Positions 1 to 13,411 are shown, counted from the stretch's first letter. The stretch is 64,000 nucleotides of DNA from Rhynchobatus australiae (GCA_034780895.1 JAUZTB010000011.1:74429312-74493311), one strand, 5' to 3'. Translations and numbers: made by a program. Notes: a model not told the origin generated them from the sequence alone.

Positions 1-860
1 GGTGGGGAAGAAGCCTTGTTTCTTTTTACTTGCATCTTCTATAAAATTTCAAGTTCTTATTCTTCCTACCAATGTATATCATCTCATTTTTATTGAATGT
101 CATCTGTTCATTCCACAATCTACATCTGTTCTTGAAGTCCAGTGTTGGCTTTGTAATGACGCACAAGTTTTATACCTTTTTGGAAACTTAAAAATGGTTC
201 ATTATCCTCCATGCACAACCACTGGAGGTGTACCAAAAATACCAGTGGTCCTAGTTCTAAACCCTGGGAAACAAGACAGTTTATCTTCCTCCAGTCCGAA
301 AAGCATATGTTTTCTACAGCTGTATTTTCAAACAGTTATTTTGTGGCTACCTTACGCTTACCCTTTCATTACCCTGTTCTTCAAATTTGCCAACAAACCC
401 AATAACATCTCCAGGCTTTTTTTGTATGATTTCTGACTAAATCCAATATTCCTTGCTGATCTATATTGGCTGATGGTTTCCCGGTCTCTTCAATTTAAAG
501 TTGTCATCCAGATAATTAATTTCTTTGACTTGAATCTTCCTCACTCTTCATTCTGAATCTCCTCTCCATGCATCTGATCCCACCCTCTGATTCATCACTC
601 TCCCTTCCTTCATTAAAGATTCTTTGCCTAAACCATATCTTTAACTACATTTTGTCAGTGTACTTGAACCTTGGTCAAAGAGCTAAGCTTTACATTGTCC
701 TTCCTTATCTCTCCTGTGGCTTGCCTACTTTTAAAGAAAATATTTTGTATGAAGTGCCTGGGAATCCACTACAGGGTAAAAGAGGTAAATATTGTTAATT
801 ATGTGTGTATCGGTGGAAATGAAAATAAGGTGCTTTAATAAATACCACTTCCCTTTTTAG

Positions 861-1065
861 AAAGGACAGCTTGGTAGACCAATTTTGGATATGCCTTTCT
901 GGAACACAAGACCATCACCTATGCCAAATATCGGCTCAAAATATGGTCGAAAGGCAACCTGGATAGGTGCAAGTGGAGACCAAACCTTCCTGCGCATCGA
1001 TGAAGCACTTATCAACTCGCATGTTCTATCAACTTCAGAAATCTTTGCCAGCAGAAATATAATAG
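861..1065 (+). CDS. MYCBP2: MYCBP2 exon, end of RCC1-like region (KGQLGRPILD...SRNIIG)
   Basis: ctttttag acceptor; phase 0 to 1; donor is GC (G|gcaa, then gap). Confidence 0.93.
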
Positions 1066-1596
1066 GCAANNNNNNNNNNNNNNNNNNNNNNNNNNNNNNN
1101 NNNNNNNNNNNNNNNNNNNNNNNNNNNNNNNNNNNNNNNNNNNNNNNNNNNNNNNNNNNNNNNNNNNNNNNNNNNNNNNNNNNNNNNNNNNNNNNNNNNN
1201 NNNNNNNNNNNNNNNNNNNNNNNNNNNNNNNNNNNNNNNNNNNNNNNNNTAAATTCATTACTCAGTTCCTGATCTACATGGATACATGTACAAAGTGCTA
1301 CATCAAATTTCTGAAGAGAAAGGAAACTTATGGCCTAACTTTTGATTTTCAAATCCATTAGTACAAGCAAAGGAGTGTTATCTGTGCATGCATCAAAAAA
1401 TGCGAGTTGCAAAAAATTTTAACTTGTGTAGTGTAAAAAGTAAATAGATATTTATTCTGTATCCCAAATTTTTGAATTCCGTAAGGATGAATTTCTATTT
1501 CCCAAACTGCCATAACAGAGGTCTCCTGTAATGTAAACATTTTTGAAGATCTAATAGTATGACCTAATATGTGAACTAGTGTATTTGTTCGTACAG

Positions 1597-1750
1597 GTTT
1601 GGTCCCTGCATCCGTAACTGAGCCCCCACCCTTTAAGTGCCTGCTAATCAATAAGCTGGATGGAAGCTGTAGGACATTTAATGATTCAGAGCAGGAAGAT
1701 TTGCGAGGATTTGGAGTTTGCTTGGATCCTGTGTATGATGTCATTTGGAG
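1597..1750 (+). CDS. MYCBP2: MYCBP2 exon (LVPASVTEPPPFKC...DVIWR)
   Basis: tacag| ... |gtaatg; phase 1 to 2. Confidence 0.96.
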
Positions 1751-2089
1751 GTAATGTTGCAATATTTCCCTGCAAAAGAACTTCTGAGGACAAAGATGTA
1801 AAGTTACTTTCCATCTGATGAATTTCAGTTTTACCATGGCCTGGCCAAATGCANNNNNNNNNNNNNNNNNNNNNNNNNNNNNNNNNNTAATGTAGAATAT
1901 TTCATGGTCTCATATAATCATTGAAATACTGTTCTGTTCATTGAGCCTTGTATATCAAAAAAATGAAAGCACATTTATTTATTTACTGCTTCTCACAACC
2001 TGTGATCATCAAAAAATACTTTGGATCCAATGAAGTAGTTTTGCAGAAAAGTTATTCTTGAAAGAAAGAAACAAAACTTAGCTAACTTA

Positions 2090-2345
2090 GGTGCAGCAAG
2101 CTTCCACAAATAAGTGATCAAAAGATGTTTGAGAGTTGAGTATTGCCCAGGATGGCAGAGAGAACCACATGATCTTGGGAAAATAGTGATGTGGGATGAT
2201 TGTCTACCTGTGAGATCAGGCAGGCATTCATTTAAAGTTCCATCTGAAAGATAGGATTTCCAGTGGCAGTGTAGAGTTATGTGCTCAAGTCTTTGGAATG
2301 GGATTTGGACATGTAGCATTCTAACACCAATACGTCAGCCACAAC
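2090..2345 (-). mobile_element. DeuSINE (SacSINE1/AmnSINE1-like) remnant
   Basis: Degenerate match to the recalled Deu-domain reverse complement (...ccaggat...acctgtgag...catctgaaaga...tgtgctcaagtc.ttgga.tggga). Confidence 0.6.
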
Positions 2346-2454
2346 TGGCATTTTAAGGGTTGTTTTGAGCACATACAGACTGCAAACTTGGGGGGAGGGA
2401 AAGTGAATATTTTGAATTTGTTCACTGTTAGTTCTATTATATTTTGAATATAGT

Positions 2455-2795
2455 ACCTGGGTGATACAGTGGATCAGCTAGTAGAACCACTGCCTTGCAG
2501 TGCCATAGACCCAGGTTCAACCCTATCCTTGTGCTGTCTGCATGGAGTTTGCATGTGCTTCCTATGACTGACTGGGTTTCTTCTGGGTACTCTGATTTCC
2601 TTCTATATCTCAAAGACGTACTGATTGGTAGGTTGATTGGCCACTGTACATTGCCCTGGTATGTAGGTGAGTGGCAGAATCTGGGAGGAGCTGATGAAAA
2701 AGAGAAATGAGATCAATGCAGGATCAGTGTGAATAAGTGGCTGATTATTGGTGTGGACTTGGGGGCTGAAGGGCTTATTTCTGCGCTGTATCTCC
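2455..2795 (+). mobile_element. HE1-like V-SINE (tRNA-derived head, V-domain, CR1/HER1-type tail)
   Basis: ccaggttcaacc B-box-like; tggagtttgcatgtgcttcc...gggtttc V-domain; ggctgaaggg...tctgcgctgtat tail. Confidence 0.85.
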
Positions 2796-4184
2796 CTGTC
2801 CCCAAATGAAAATTACAATAACTCATGTTTAAGATAAATCAAAAGCTTGCATGTTTATTGTGCTAACTGAAATTAGGTAGTTTATTCAAGAGCATGTTAG
2901 AAAATAATACTCGTGGTTTGTGGCCGAGTCAAATGTTGTCCATAAAATGGGTTTATTTGCATGCCACTGCATACCTTTTGGGATGAATAGAGTAAGTCAA
3001 CAGTTTTATCTGTTCAAGCTTCAGAGTGCATCTGTAATAAAGGATCACTTAATCCCTTTGTGCAAGGGTTTACAGGGAAAGTCATCTTCCCAGTAATAGT
3101 GAAAGTTAGATCTTGGCAATTGGCATGCACAATTGAATTGATTTGTTTAAATCTTTTTAATAAAATTATTCAATGCGTTTTGATGTTTTAAATCTGTATG
3201 GCATTCTTCATCCCTAGAGAAGGAGTGGTTTAAAAAAAAACATAGTTTGCAATTGAATCGNNNNNNNNNNNNNNNNNNNATCCAAGTCTATATTGTTACA
3301 TGATAGGAATGCTCCTGCTCTGTTAGAGTTTGTGCTAATTGGAGGTTTTTGCACACTGAAGAATTTCCTACTACATCAAAGATGAACTTCCCATTTCTCT
3401 GCAACTCCATGGTAAAAATAGTTAACTGTTATCTGAACTTACAAATAGAGAAAATACAACTATTTAATAATGTGCTAATTCTATGCAAAATGGATGATGA
3501 TATTTAGGAACTTCCTATGAATAAGATTTCTTTCAAACTTAATCTTTTCTAGAATAACTACAAAACTGGACAATGAATTACTATCCTCTCTTTTAAACAG
3601 CCTTCCATTCTGAATTCCACAGCTTAACTCTACTTTTTGTTTACCTTCTCCCTCACCCCTTTAAAAACTAGGTTTTATTAACTTTGATTTTTGGTCATTG
3701 TCACCCAGTTTGAAGCACTTAATTACTGATTTTTTTAGGCCAGATGAGGACAAATACCTCAATCTTCAAAATCATGTTGCTCACCCAAGTTTTATGTGGC
3801 TCTGAAATTAAAAACAAAATACCCTTTTTCAGATTTTCAAGTATGTGGAAAGAATTCTCCATGGATGGATATTTTTCCATTGCATTTCAAGTTCCCAACT
3901 GACACATGCGGTATTTTTTGACAATGTCTGAATACACTTCCTTTGAAATTAGACTGTTGGTTAGATCTTTCTCTCAGAGGAGCTTATAGAAGTTGAGTTA
4001 CTTGAAATTTCCTAAAACATTTTTGGTAATCTTTTGTTAGGCAAGGGCACCAGGGGATATGGGACAACTGTGGGCAAATTGAATTGAGGAATACAGTATA
4101 TTCACTAATTCACCATTATTCAAGGGGAAAGAAACAGCTTAACAGGTACCTGAAGGTAGGAGAAGAGCAGAAAACCTATGGATG

Positions 4185-4940
4185 GAGAGCCCGCTGGAGG
4201 CACANNNNNNNNNNNNNNNNNNNGACATGCATGGGTTCTTCAGCACTGTCAAGGATATCTATTGCCTAAACAGCTTAGGCCCCATCCCTCTGAGAGACGA
4301 GAACAGAAGAGAACTTGTTAGCAGTAGTCAATGACTGCTGGAAGGAAAACTTTGAAGACCTCCACCTTTTGTTGTGAGCACCCTCAGCTCTATTCTTTAT
4401 TCATTCAGTGCTGCCACCGCCCCTGACTGACAAGAAGTCAAAGATTATTTCCAAACTAAAACAGTAACAAGGCCTTGAGAGCAGTTGATATTGCCACTGA
4501 AGTTCTAAAATCTGACAGTGAAGAGCATCCATCATGTTATCCACTTTCACATTGCTCACATCTAGGAAAAGGAGAATATTATCGGGGAATGTTGGAGATG
4601 TTGTGATTGTGAACAACTTCTTGGTGGCCAGTCACTGTACGTGGCCTTTGACTCTGTCAACTGGAAGATCCAAGACCAAGATCAACTGAACTTCCGTAGT
4701 TGAGTTCCAGCATGCATACAATACTTGATTTTGTGTACATTTAGAGGTTGAGCTCCAAGCAAATGTTGATTCATTCACTGAAGCACATGAGAAGATGGGC
4801 CTTGCACTCAGTATCTGCGGGGCAAAAGTCCTCTACCAATCTGGTTTGCTATACATCACTGTCCTCAAGCAATAAAGATTCACAGCAAGACCCTGGAAAA
4901 TATGGACCACTTCCTATATCAATGCAACATCCCTACTGAT
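4185..4940 (+). mobile_element. RTE-clade LINE fragments (degenerate ORF)
   Basis: Translates to DMHGFFSTVKDIY... and ...VDSFTEAHEKMGLALS..., with stops and frameshifts. Confidence 0.65.
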
Positions 4941-5277
4941 TCTTGGGAATCCCTTTTGGGTGTGAAGAACATGTATCAGGGACATGCAGAAGCTCTCTGT
5001 AAATGTCAGAGGGGGTAGCCCACATCCCAAAATACCCATCTGCTCAACCTGTCAGACATCTCCTACCCCATCAGTGGAAAGGATTGCCTAAGAAGAGCAT
5101 AGATTTGAGAGCTGAATGGCCTATTGTTTCTAAGTGTGATGTTATTCCTAGCTTATTATTTTTTCAAAAAAGAGGAATAGTGCATATGAATTTGGGTCAT
5201 ACTTGCTCTTTTATATGTCAGTACTCATTAAAAATCCAGCAGAAGTAAAATTAACAGTCTCTTCCTTTTCTCTTAAG

Positions 5278-5450
5278 GTTCATACCAGGTAGAAAAGAAG
5301 TTTGGTGTTACAATGCAGTTACAGCAGATGCTAGGCTTCCTCCAGGATCAGATATGCACAGCAGGTGTAGTATACTGAGTCCGGAGCTTGCACTACCAAC
5401 AGGATCGAAAGCAAATACCACCAGATCTCATGGGGCTTTGCACATTCTAG
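5278..5450 (+). CDS. MYCBP2: MYCBP2 exon (FIPGRKEVWCYN...ALHIL)
   Basis: cttaag| ... |gtatga; phase 2 to 1. Confidence 0.96.
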
Positions 5451-6229
5451 GTATGAATAATAATATGTACACTAACTCAGAGCTCTGTATCAACGCATGA
5501 TATTTATTGCAATGTTATTTATAAATTTAGTTTAATGAGGTTTATGGGTACTGTTAGTATTGGGTTATCAATACGACAATATGAGATAAAATTAGTCAAC
5601 ACTGTGGGATTTCAGCTGCTATTTTCAAAACTTTTAGTTGATCCGTGTAATAATTTGGTTAAACATAATTTTAGGAGAATACAGTTTAAAATGTTATCCT
5701 GTGTTGACTTCATGGAAATGTTTTTTGCTTCTGACTTATTTTCTCCCTTTCTTTTCTGACAACAGTGATTCACACAGAGAAAAGCTTGCAGAGAGCAATT
5801 GTACTCATGTCTTGAGCAAATGGCAATCCTTTCAGTATTCCTCTCATCTTTGTTTAACCTTCTTCCCATCCACATTATCATTTACAAAGGATTGGCATTC
5901 AAAAATAGGATGATGTCTAATTCTACCTTGCATTTCCAAAATCTTTTATTCTGATCACTGCTGTCTGAATTTCTGATTCCTCAAGATTACCAGGGCTTCA
6001 AGCATAATTTTTTCACTGTAATGACTGATTTCTCATAACAGGCTCTAATTTATTCAGAACTTCATAGTCCATGCCCCCCTCCTTTTGTAATCAGGAATAT
6101 CCATTCTTTTCTATTACTCAAGTGTTAACCAGTAAAATCAGTAAAAGGATCTTGAAATTTTCATGTTCAAATCTTTTATTGCCTGGTTCCTTAAGTAATT
6201 ACTACATGTCTTCAAAACAACTACCACTG

Positions 6230-6430
6230 GTGATACCAGCATTTATTGCCCATCTCTAATTGCCTTTGAATTAGGAAGGCAAACTCCTTTGAATTTGGAG
6301 TCATACATAGGCCATACTACATAAGGATTTCATTCCCTGAAGAGCATAGGTGAACCAGTATGTGAGCATTCAGCTTTAGTGAAGTAACACAACTTATGAT
6401 TGTTGAAGTTGAAAGTGATTTGAATGTATG
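6230..6430 (-). mobile_element. Chondrichthyan tRNA-derived SINE remnant (same family as 49620)
   Basis: ccagcatttattgcccatc.ctaattgcc...ccctgaag...gtgaaccag is the reverse complement of the 49.6-kb copy's family. Confidence 0.55.
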
Positions 6431-6580
6431 TACTTTCATTGTGTACTGTTTGGGTAGAGGAAGTGAAAATATTGATAAATCGGCCATGATTTGAATTGAG
6501 CTCCTTGGTCTAATAAAACAAGGAGTGCGTGCTTTTGGATTTCGATTATGCTGAATAATTCTTTTCAAATCTGAAAACAG

Positions 6581-6706
6581 GCTGTTTGGACACGTTGGCT
6601 GCCATGCAGGACCTGAAAATGGGAGTTACTAATACCGAAGAGGAGATACAAGCTGTGACTAAAGTTTATTCCAAGGAAGATTATAGTGTGGTTAATAGAT
6701 TTGAAA
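6581..6706 (+). CDS. MYCBP2: MYCBP2 exon (CLDTLAAMQDLK...VVNRFE), start of PHR1
   Basis: aacag| ... |gtaggt; phase 1 to 1. Confidence 0.96.
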
Positions 6707-6799
6707 GTAGGTTGCCGTGTATGATAAATTTATTTAATTGTTTTCACTGCTGAGAAAGAATTTATATTCACCACATTTGTATCTACAATTGGCGTCTAG

Positions 6800-6927
6800 G
6801 TCATGGAGGTGGCTGGGGGTATTCTGCTCATTCTGTGGAAGCTATTCGCTTTACTGCAGACACGGATATACTGCTTGGAGGTCTTGGCTTGTTTGGTGGC
6901 AGAGGTGAATACACAGCAAAAATCAAG
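6800..6927 (+). CDS. MYCBP2: MYCBP2 exon, PHR1 ([17 protein letters not shown]...AKIK)
   Basis: tctag| ... |gtgagt; phase 1 to 0. Confidence 0.97.
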
Positions 6928-7316
6928 GTGAGTTAGTCATCAGCACAAATAATAGTTCATATCCCTTGCAGCCAAATTAAATGCTCTATGCGTCAGGAGC
7001 AGGTAGCCTGCATTCCCATTAAAAGGATTATAACTATACAAATTGGGGAGAGAAGAGATAATGCTAAGATGCTAGTTTATACAGTAGTAAAAAGCAAGCT
7101 TTCTGTTGTCCCAGGACAATTTGGATGTTGTTGGGTTAGCTAAAGAAGTGCAAGAAAATTAGACCTGATCAAGTATGTCATTTTGTGGATTAATGCAAGA
7201 GGAACTGATGGAATGGTACTTGTGTAGAACTTTTTGAGCATAATATAATAATTTAAACAGCATATATAGAATATGCACTGATATTTTTGGAAAAAACACT
7301 TTTTCTGTTGAACTAG

Positions 7317-7416
7317 CTATTTGAGCTGGGTCCTGATGGAGGAGATCACGAGACAGATGGTGACCTGCTGGCAGAAACTGATGTCCTNNNNNNNNNNCTT
7401 ATGACTGTGCTGCAAG
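7317..7416 (+). CDS. MYCBP2: MYCBP2 exon, PHR1 (LFELGPDGGDHETD...YDCAAR), with internal 10-N gap
   Basis: actag| ... |gtacgt; the 10 N at 7388-7397 stand where homology needs only 2 nt. Confidence 0.94.
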
Positions 7417-9689
7417 GTACGTGCTTGATTTACCTTTAAAGTGATCTTTTCATTGAGCTTGACTAGTCGCTTATTTCTCCTGAGCAGTTTGAAAGAATGT
7501 TAGTGGGCTAATACTTGTTTATGTATTGATGTCTAAATAAAACTGATAACATTGGATCATGCGTACCAAGCTATGGAGTCTTGCATACTTTCATGCTTAT
7601 TACAATTGTTTTTAATAACTGAACTAACATCCCAATCACAAAGAAATGGCATAACAGTGGCACATTGACCCAACTAGCTTCATTTTATCTTTCATGTGAG
7701 GGTTTGTCCTGTAGCCACATATCTACTCTGTTCCCATATCTCAATATTTCCCTCCATTCAGTAATTGGCTTAAGCTCCTTTTACATCTTGATATCCCTAA
7801 CTCGATCATGAATTTCTCTAGCTAAGAAGTGCTATCCTATTCCATGTGCTAAATCTCTTGCGCTCTCTTTGCAAATTATTTGCTCCACCCAGTTACATTA
7901 TAACAAAGTTCTTTCAGATCACATCTCTTCCAACTTCCAAGTTCTACAGAATTCTGTTTCCTATTGAGTAGAGTCTGTGAATTTAGATACCACTATTTCT
8001 GTTCTATGTCCAAATCATCACTCTACACAATCAAGAGGATAGTGAACAATGTTTCTTAGATTTGACTGTACTTCTATTATCTTTACTGCCTTCACTTTGA
8101 ATTGATATCATCCAAAGGATTTTGTATTGCTCTTTCTCAGATTTCAGTTGATTGAGAAAGTTGGGCATGTGAGACTTGAGATCTGAACTTATGTTTTTAT
8201 GAAATTTCCTAAATGACTTGGTCCACTGTTAGTGAAAATTGTATCCACCTTATGCTCCCCAAATTATTTGTTTTTCCTCTGACTTCAAGTTAGCATACAT
8301 CCCTTTCGAAGACATCATTGGAGATTAATTTCTTAGCCCCAGCATCACATAGATTCACAGAAGGGAATNNNNNNNNNNNNNNNNNNNNNNNNNNNNNNNN
8401 NNNNNNNNNNNNNNNNNNNNNNNNNNNNNNNNNNNNNNNNNNNNNNNNNNNNNNNNNNNNNNNNNNNNNNNNNNNNNNNNNNNNNNNNNNNNNNNNNNNN
8501 NNNNNNNNNNNNNNNNNNNNNNNNNNNNNNNNNNNNNNNNNNNNNNNNNNNNNNNNNNNNNNNNNNNNNNNNNNNNNNNNNNNNNNNNNNNNNNNNNNNN
8601 NNNNNNNNNNNNNNNNNNNNNNNNNNNNNNNNNNNNNNNNNNNNNNNNNNNNNNNNNNNNNNNNNNNNNNNNNNNNNNNNNNNNNNNNNNNNNNNNNNNN
8701 NNNNNNNNNNNNNNNNNNNNNNNNNNNNNNNNNNNNNNNNNNNNNNNNNNNNNNNNNNNNNNNNNNNNNNNNNNNNNNNNNNNNNNNNNNNNNNNNNNNN
8801 NNNNNNNNNNNNNNNNNNNNNNNNNNNNNNNNNNNNNNNNNNNNNNNNNNNNNNNNNNNNNNNNNNNNNNNNNNNNNNNNNNNNNNNNNNNNNNNNNNNN
8901 NNNNNNNNNNNNNNNNNNNNNNNNNNNNNNNNNNNNNNNNNNNNNNNNNNNNNNNNNNNNNNNNNNNNNNNNNNNNNNNNNNNNNNNNNNNNNNNNNNNN
9001 NNNNNNNNNNNNNNNNNNNNNNNNNNNNNNNNNNNNNNNNNNNNNNNNNNNNNNNNNNNNNNNNNNNNNNNNNNNNNNNNNNNNNNNNNNNNNNNNNNNN
9101 NNNNNNNNNNNNNNNNNNNNNNNNNNNNNNNNNNNNNNNNNNNNNNNNNNNNNNNNNNNNNNNNNNNNNNNNNNNNNNNNNNNNNNNNNNNNNNNNNNNN
9201 NNNNNNNNNNNNNNNNNNNNNNNNNNNNNNNNNNNNNNNNNNNNNNNNNNNNNNNNNNNNNNNNNNNNNNNNNNNNNNNNNNNNNNNNNNNNNNNACATT
9301 TGGTGTTTTTCTCAATGAATTGTTTATGTGCTTAGTGATGGCAATGCTATTGTTTTAATTGTGCATTAGCAAAATAAGTCAATAATTTATTTTGTCATTT
9401 TCCCTTTTAGTTATCTAGTTCTGTTTTGTCTTCCCAAATTATAATGTTGGATTAAATGGCTTCACAATGAAAAATCTCTAATGTGTTAAAAATCTTGTAT
9501 CTGTTACCTTGCAAATGAATATAACTGCTAATGAAAGCAAGTTGTACTATAATTGGAGCTTTTTGCTAGTAATGGCATTTAAAAAATTTCAATTTTGCTT
9601 TTTGTTATTTGTGTTACAGTCAGCTTTCTACTTCACTTCCATATTGCTATTTTCCAAAGGTTGGATTGGCTTAGGGCTTTGGCTAGGAG

Positions 9690-9880
9690 CATAGGAGGTA
9701 GGCGGGTAGAGGCAGGTACCATTATGCATTTAAAAGGTATTTGGGCAGTTACATGGATAGGAAAGGTTTTGAGGGATATGGGCCAAACGAAGGTAAATGG
9801 GACAAACTCAGGCAACTTAGTTGGCACAAACGAGTTAGGCTGAAGGGCCTGTTTCTGTGTTGTATGGCTCCGACTATTAT
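9690..9880 (+). mobile_element. CR1/HER1 LINE 3' end
   Basis: gtagaggcaggtacc...catttaaaag...gagggatatgggccaaa...ggctgaagggcctgtttctgtg. Confidence 0.85.
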
Positions 9881-10517
9881 TTAACTATGAATATGTATTC
9901 AAAGTACAGTGCAATCTTGACATAACACATGTTGGGGGGACAAAAAGCACATTATAAGTGAAACTAATATTTACATAATTTTAGAGTCTCTTTCTTTATG
10001 TAGTACTGAACATAGACAGATTTCCCTAATGTTCACCCCTGTTCTCTCCACCCAATTTCTCTTGCTGTATGCCATACCAAGGATTTGTAGAAAGTACCCC
10101 AGTGTTAGATTGCCAGTCCTTTTCCAGAATTCATTGGTCCCTCCTAAATGCTGCTATTTTCAGAAGTGCTTGCGCAAACATAGGGCCTGTTGAATTCTGC
10201 TGGGAACATTACTGGCTCCCCATAACCTTGGAATAAAAATGTGGACCATCATGTACATGGTAATGCCTGCAGTATATCCAAATCCACAATCTAACAAGGC
10301 AAGTTATCTCAAGGTTGCATTTTGTTGCAAAAGTAGGAAAGAATATATGACTTGNNNNNNNNNNATGGGAACTGTATTGTATCTGTCTGTCACAGTCCAC
10401 TGATCCCTTCCGTCTAAATTTAGCATGAAAGCTACACCTATCAGCACTTCCTGTTTACTTTGTCTTAGATTAAAGAATTAACGCCATATTCATTTCACAC
10501 ATCTTTCTATTTTGCAG

Positions 10518-10652
10518 GGAGAAATATGCAATGATGTTTGATGAGCCTGTACTTCTACAGGCAGGCTGGTGTTATGTGGCTTGGGCTCGAGTTTCAGGGC
10601 CCAGTAGTGATTGTGGCTCCCATGGACAGGCCTCTATCACCACTGATGATGG
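10518..10652 (+). CDS. MYCBP2: MYCBP2 exon, PHR1 (EKYAMMFDEPV...ITTDDG)
   Basis: ttgcag| ... |gtagga; phase 2 to 2. Confidence 0.97.
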
Positions 10653-11501
10653 GTAGGAATTTTTTTTACCCATTTCTATCTGTTGAGATTTTATTTTCCA
10701 GATGAAATCTGTAAATGCAGTTTGTTTATTCTGCATATTGAATCTTACAGGTCACTGCCAGTTTTGGTGTAGGGCTCTTCCACNNNNNNNNNNNNNNNNN
10801 NNNNNNNNNNNNNNNNNNNNNNNNNNNNNNNNNNNNNNNNNNNNNNNNNNNNNNNNNNNNNNNNNNNNNNNNNNNNNNNNNNNNNNNNNNNNNNNNNNNN
10901 NNNNNNNNNNNNNNNNNNNNNNNNNNNNNNNNNNNNNNNNNNNNNNNNNNNNNNNNNNNNNNNNNNNNNNNNNNNNNNNNNNNNNNNNNNNNNNNNNNNN
11001 NNNNNNNNNNNNNNNNNNNNNNNNNNNNNNNNNNNNNNNNNNNNNNNNNNNNNNNNNNNNNNNNNNNNNNNNNNNNNNNNNNNNNNNNNNNNNNNNNNNN
11101 NNNNNNNNNNNNNNNNNNNNNNNNNNNNNNNNNNNNNNNNNNNNNNNNNNNNNNNNNNNNNNNNNNNNNNNNNNNNNNNNNNNNNNNNNNNNNNNNNNNN
11201 NNNNNNNNNNNNNNNNNNNNNNNNNNNNNNNNNNNNNNNNNNNNNNNNNNNNNNNNNNNNNNNNNNNNNNNNNNNNNNNNNNNNNNNNNNNNNNNNNNNN
11301 NNNNNNNNNNNNNNNNNNNNNNNNNNNNNNNNNNNNNNNNNNNNNNNNNNNNNNNNNNNNNNNNNNNNNNNNNNNNNTAGTCTTTTCAAATTGCAATTAT
11401 CCTATTGATTGAGACATTGCACGTATTTTTATTACATTTATAGTATGGCTGATTAATTTGCTCAAATTAAGCTGTACTGAATTTGATGTTCTGGGTTGCA
11501 G

Positions 11502-11598
11502 GTTACCATCGAATGATGGTAATTCTGGAAAAGGAAAGCAACAGCCTAGTGAACCAGTGCATATTTTGAGAAGATCTTTTGCCAGAACTGTCTCAGTG
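11502..11598 (+). CDS. MYCBP2: MYCBP2 exon (LPSNDGNSGKGKQ...ARTVSV)
   Basis: ttgcag| ... |gtgagt; phase 2 to 0. Confidence 0.96.
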
Positions 11599-12899
11599 GT
11601 GAGTGAACAAAATGGGATATAAAATATTTTCTCTGGAAATATATTAGAATCAAGATGCACACCTGTATGGGATTCCTTAGTCTTCTAGCCAAGTGTTTCA
11701 AATTCAGATTTCATCATTGAATTGGTACTAATAGTCCTTGTACAAAGCCAGTTAAAAGTCTATTTTCTTCAACTATTTTGCTGAAATTGTTGAAATAAAC
11801 ATTGTTTATAAATTGAGGTGTATAATGTTGGAAGGGAATACATGATGGTTTTCTTCAGTACCCAAGAACTTGGTGTTCATTCAAATACCAACTAGTGAGG
11901 CCACTATCCAGATAGAAATAAAACTGTGATATAGTTGCTCTGTAGAATTTGGCAATCTACATTCTGGCTTTTTGCTTCCCTCGTTGTGTTCTGTAAAATG
12001 CTGTGACGCATATCCTTTCCAACAACAATTTTCTCATCATTATGTTTTAACTAGTCTCATAAACTTTTTGCATAATTCATCTATGTGAGAACATGGGGGT
12101 GGGGTGGAGAGCTGGGAATTTAATGTTGTATTTATGTACTAACATACTGGAAATGCACAAAGTTCAAACATCTTGGAGGGGTGTGGGGGGGCGAGGGCAA
12201 GAATAGGGTAGATTAATGTTATGTATTTAGGCCTACTGTTTAAAAGGAAGCCAAAGATGATAAATAATTATGAATGGAGAAAAAAAATGAAAATCTTGAG
12301 CAAGTTAAATCCAAAATTTCTTGAAATTTGAGCTGTATTTATATTCAGCAACTCAAAATGTTCACTTTACTTAGACTCCTGATCTCAATAAATGAGGGTG
12401 CCTGTGAGCACATGCTTCCCTTGTTTGGGTCACAGACTGTTCCCCATCACACTTTTGTCTTGGCCCACTGTTCTATCTGCAATGTTTATTCTTATTGTAC
12501 TCCCACTCTTTCCACTGCACACCCTGTCCTCCTCCTTCCATTCTTCAGTGTTCCCTTTACTACAGAACATAGCCACCTTATCCAACTCTTATATCATCCT
12601 CCACATTTAAATCTGAACAGTTTTGTGAAATGAAATGAAATTGGAATAAACATTGCTTCACATCTCCTTGTCAACAGCTAAGAGGTTGGTACTACAGTGA
12701 AAGGGCATGAAGGAAACAAGTCATGAATAGCAGTCATGTCTGATTTTCATTGCAGCGTTAGAATGATGCCATACTCCAGGACAGAATACACTCCTGCCAA
12801 ACTGCTGTTGCATCAAAGACTTAGATCAAGTCTGAGTCTGGTTCAGTCATATCTGGAAGGGGAGGTGGGATAAAGACAGCTGAAACGGGTAAACATATC

Positions 12900-13110
12900 A
12901 TATGCTACATATGTCCCTGCACCTACTCCCTCACCACAAGCCAGTGATTTAAACAACCCTTCCACGTGAGGCAGAGATTCACATGCACCTCCTCAAACCT
13001 TGTCTATTGCATCCAATGCTCTCAATGTGGCCTCCTCAACTGACCAAGTGCAGACTAGGCTTCTGCTTTGACGAGCACCTGTGCTCTGTCCACCATGGCC
13101 ATCTGAAGCT
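12900..13110 (+). mobile_element. Penelope-like element, GIY-YIG endonuclease fragment
   Basis: CYICP...PFHVRQRFTCTSSNLVYCIQCSQCGLL...TKCRLGFCFDEHLCSV (YIG motif deleted). Confidence 0.8.
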
Positions 13111-13411
13111 CCCAGTTAATATATTGAACTGCTTCCAAAACAGTTACATCCTTCCTTAAATTAGGTACAGTGGNNNNNNNNNNNNNNNNNNNNNNNNNNN
13201 NNNNNNNNNNNNNNNNNNNNNNNNNNNNNNNNNNNNNNNNNNNNNNNNNNNNNNNNNNNNNNNNNNNNNNNNNTATTCTGCTGAAAACTATGTGGATGCC
13301 TAATGTACCATTCATGCTAAAAACGTAATTGAATGATGTCCTTCATGAGTGCATGAGTTTAAAAAAATACAGATACCGTATTTTTATAGAATCTGTCATT
13401 TCTAAATTTAG

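Noticed and set aside
2455-2530. tRNA-like A/B boxes
   Set aside because: SINE head with no cloverleaf; not a tRNA gene
7388-7397. Apparent frameshift inside an exon
   Set aside because: A 10-N placeholder where about 2 nt are needed; assembly artefact, not a pseudogene
8290-9358. Long ORFs over N-runs (also 10702, 23905, 29617, 60169, 61659)
   Set aside because: Artefacts of stop-free N gaps
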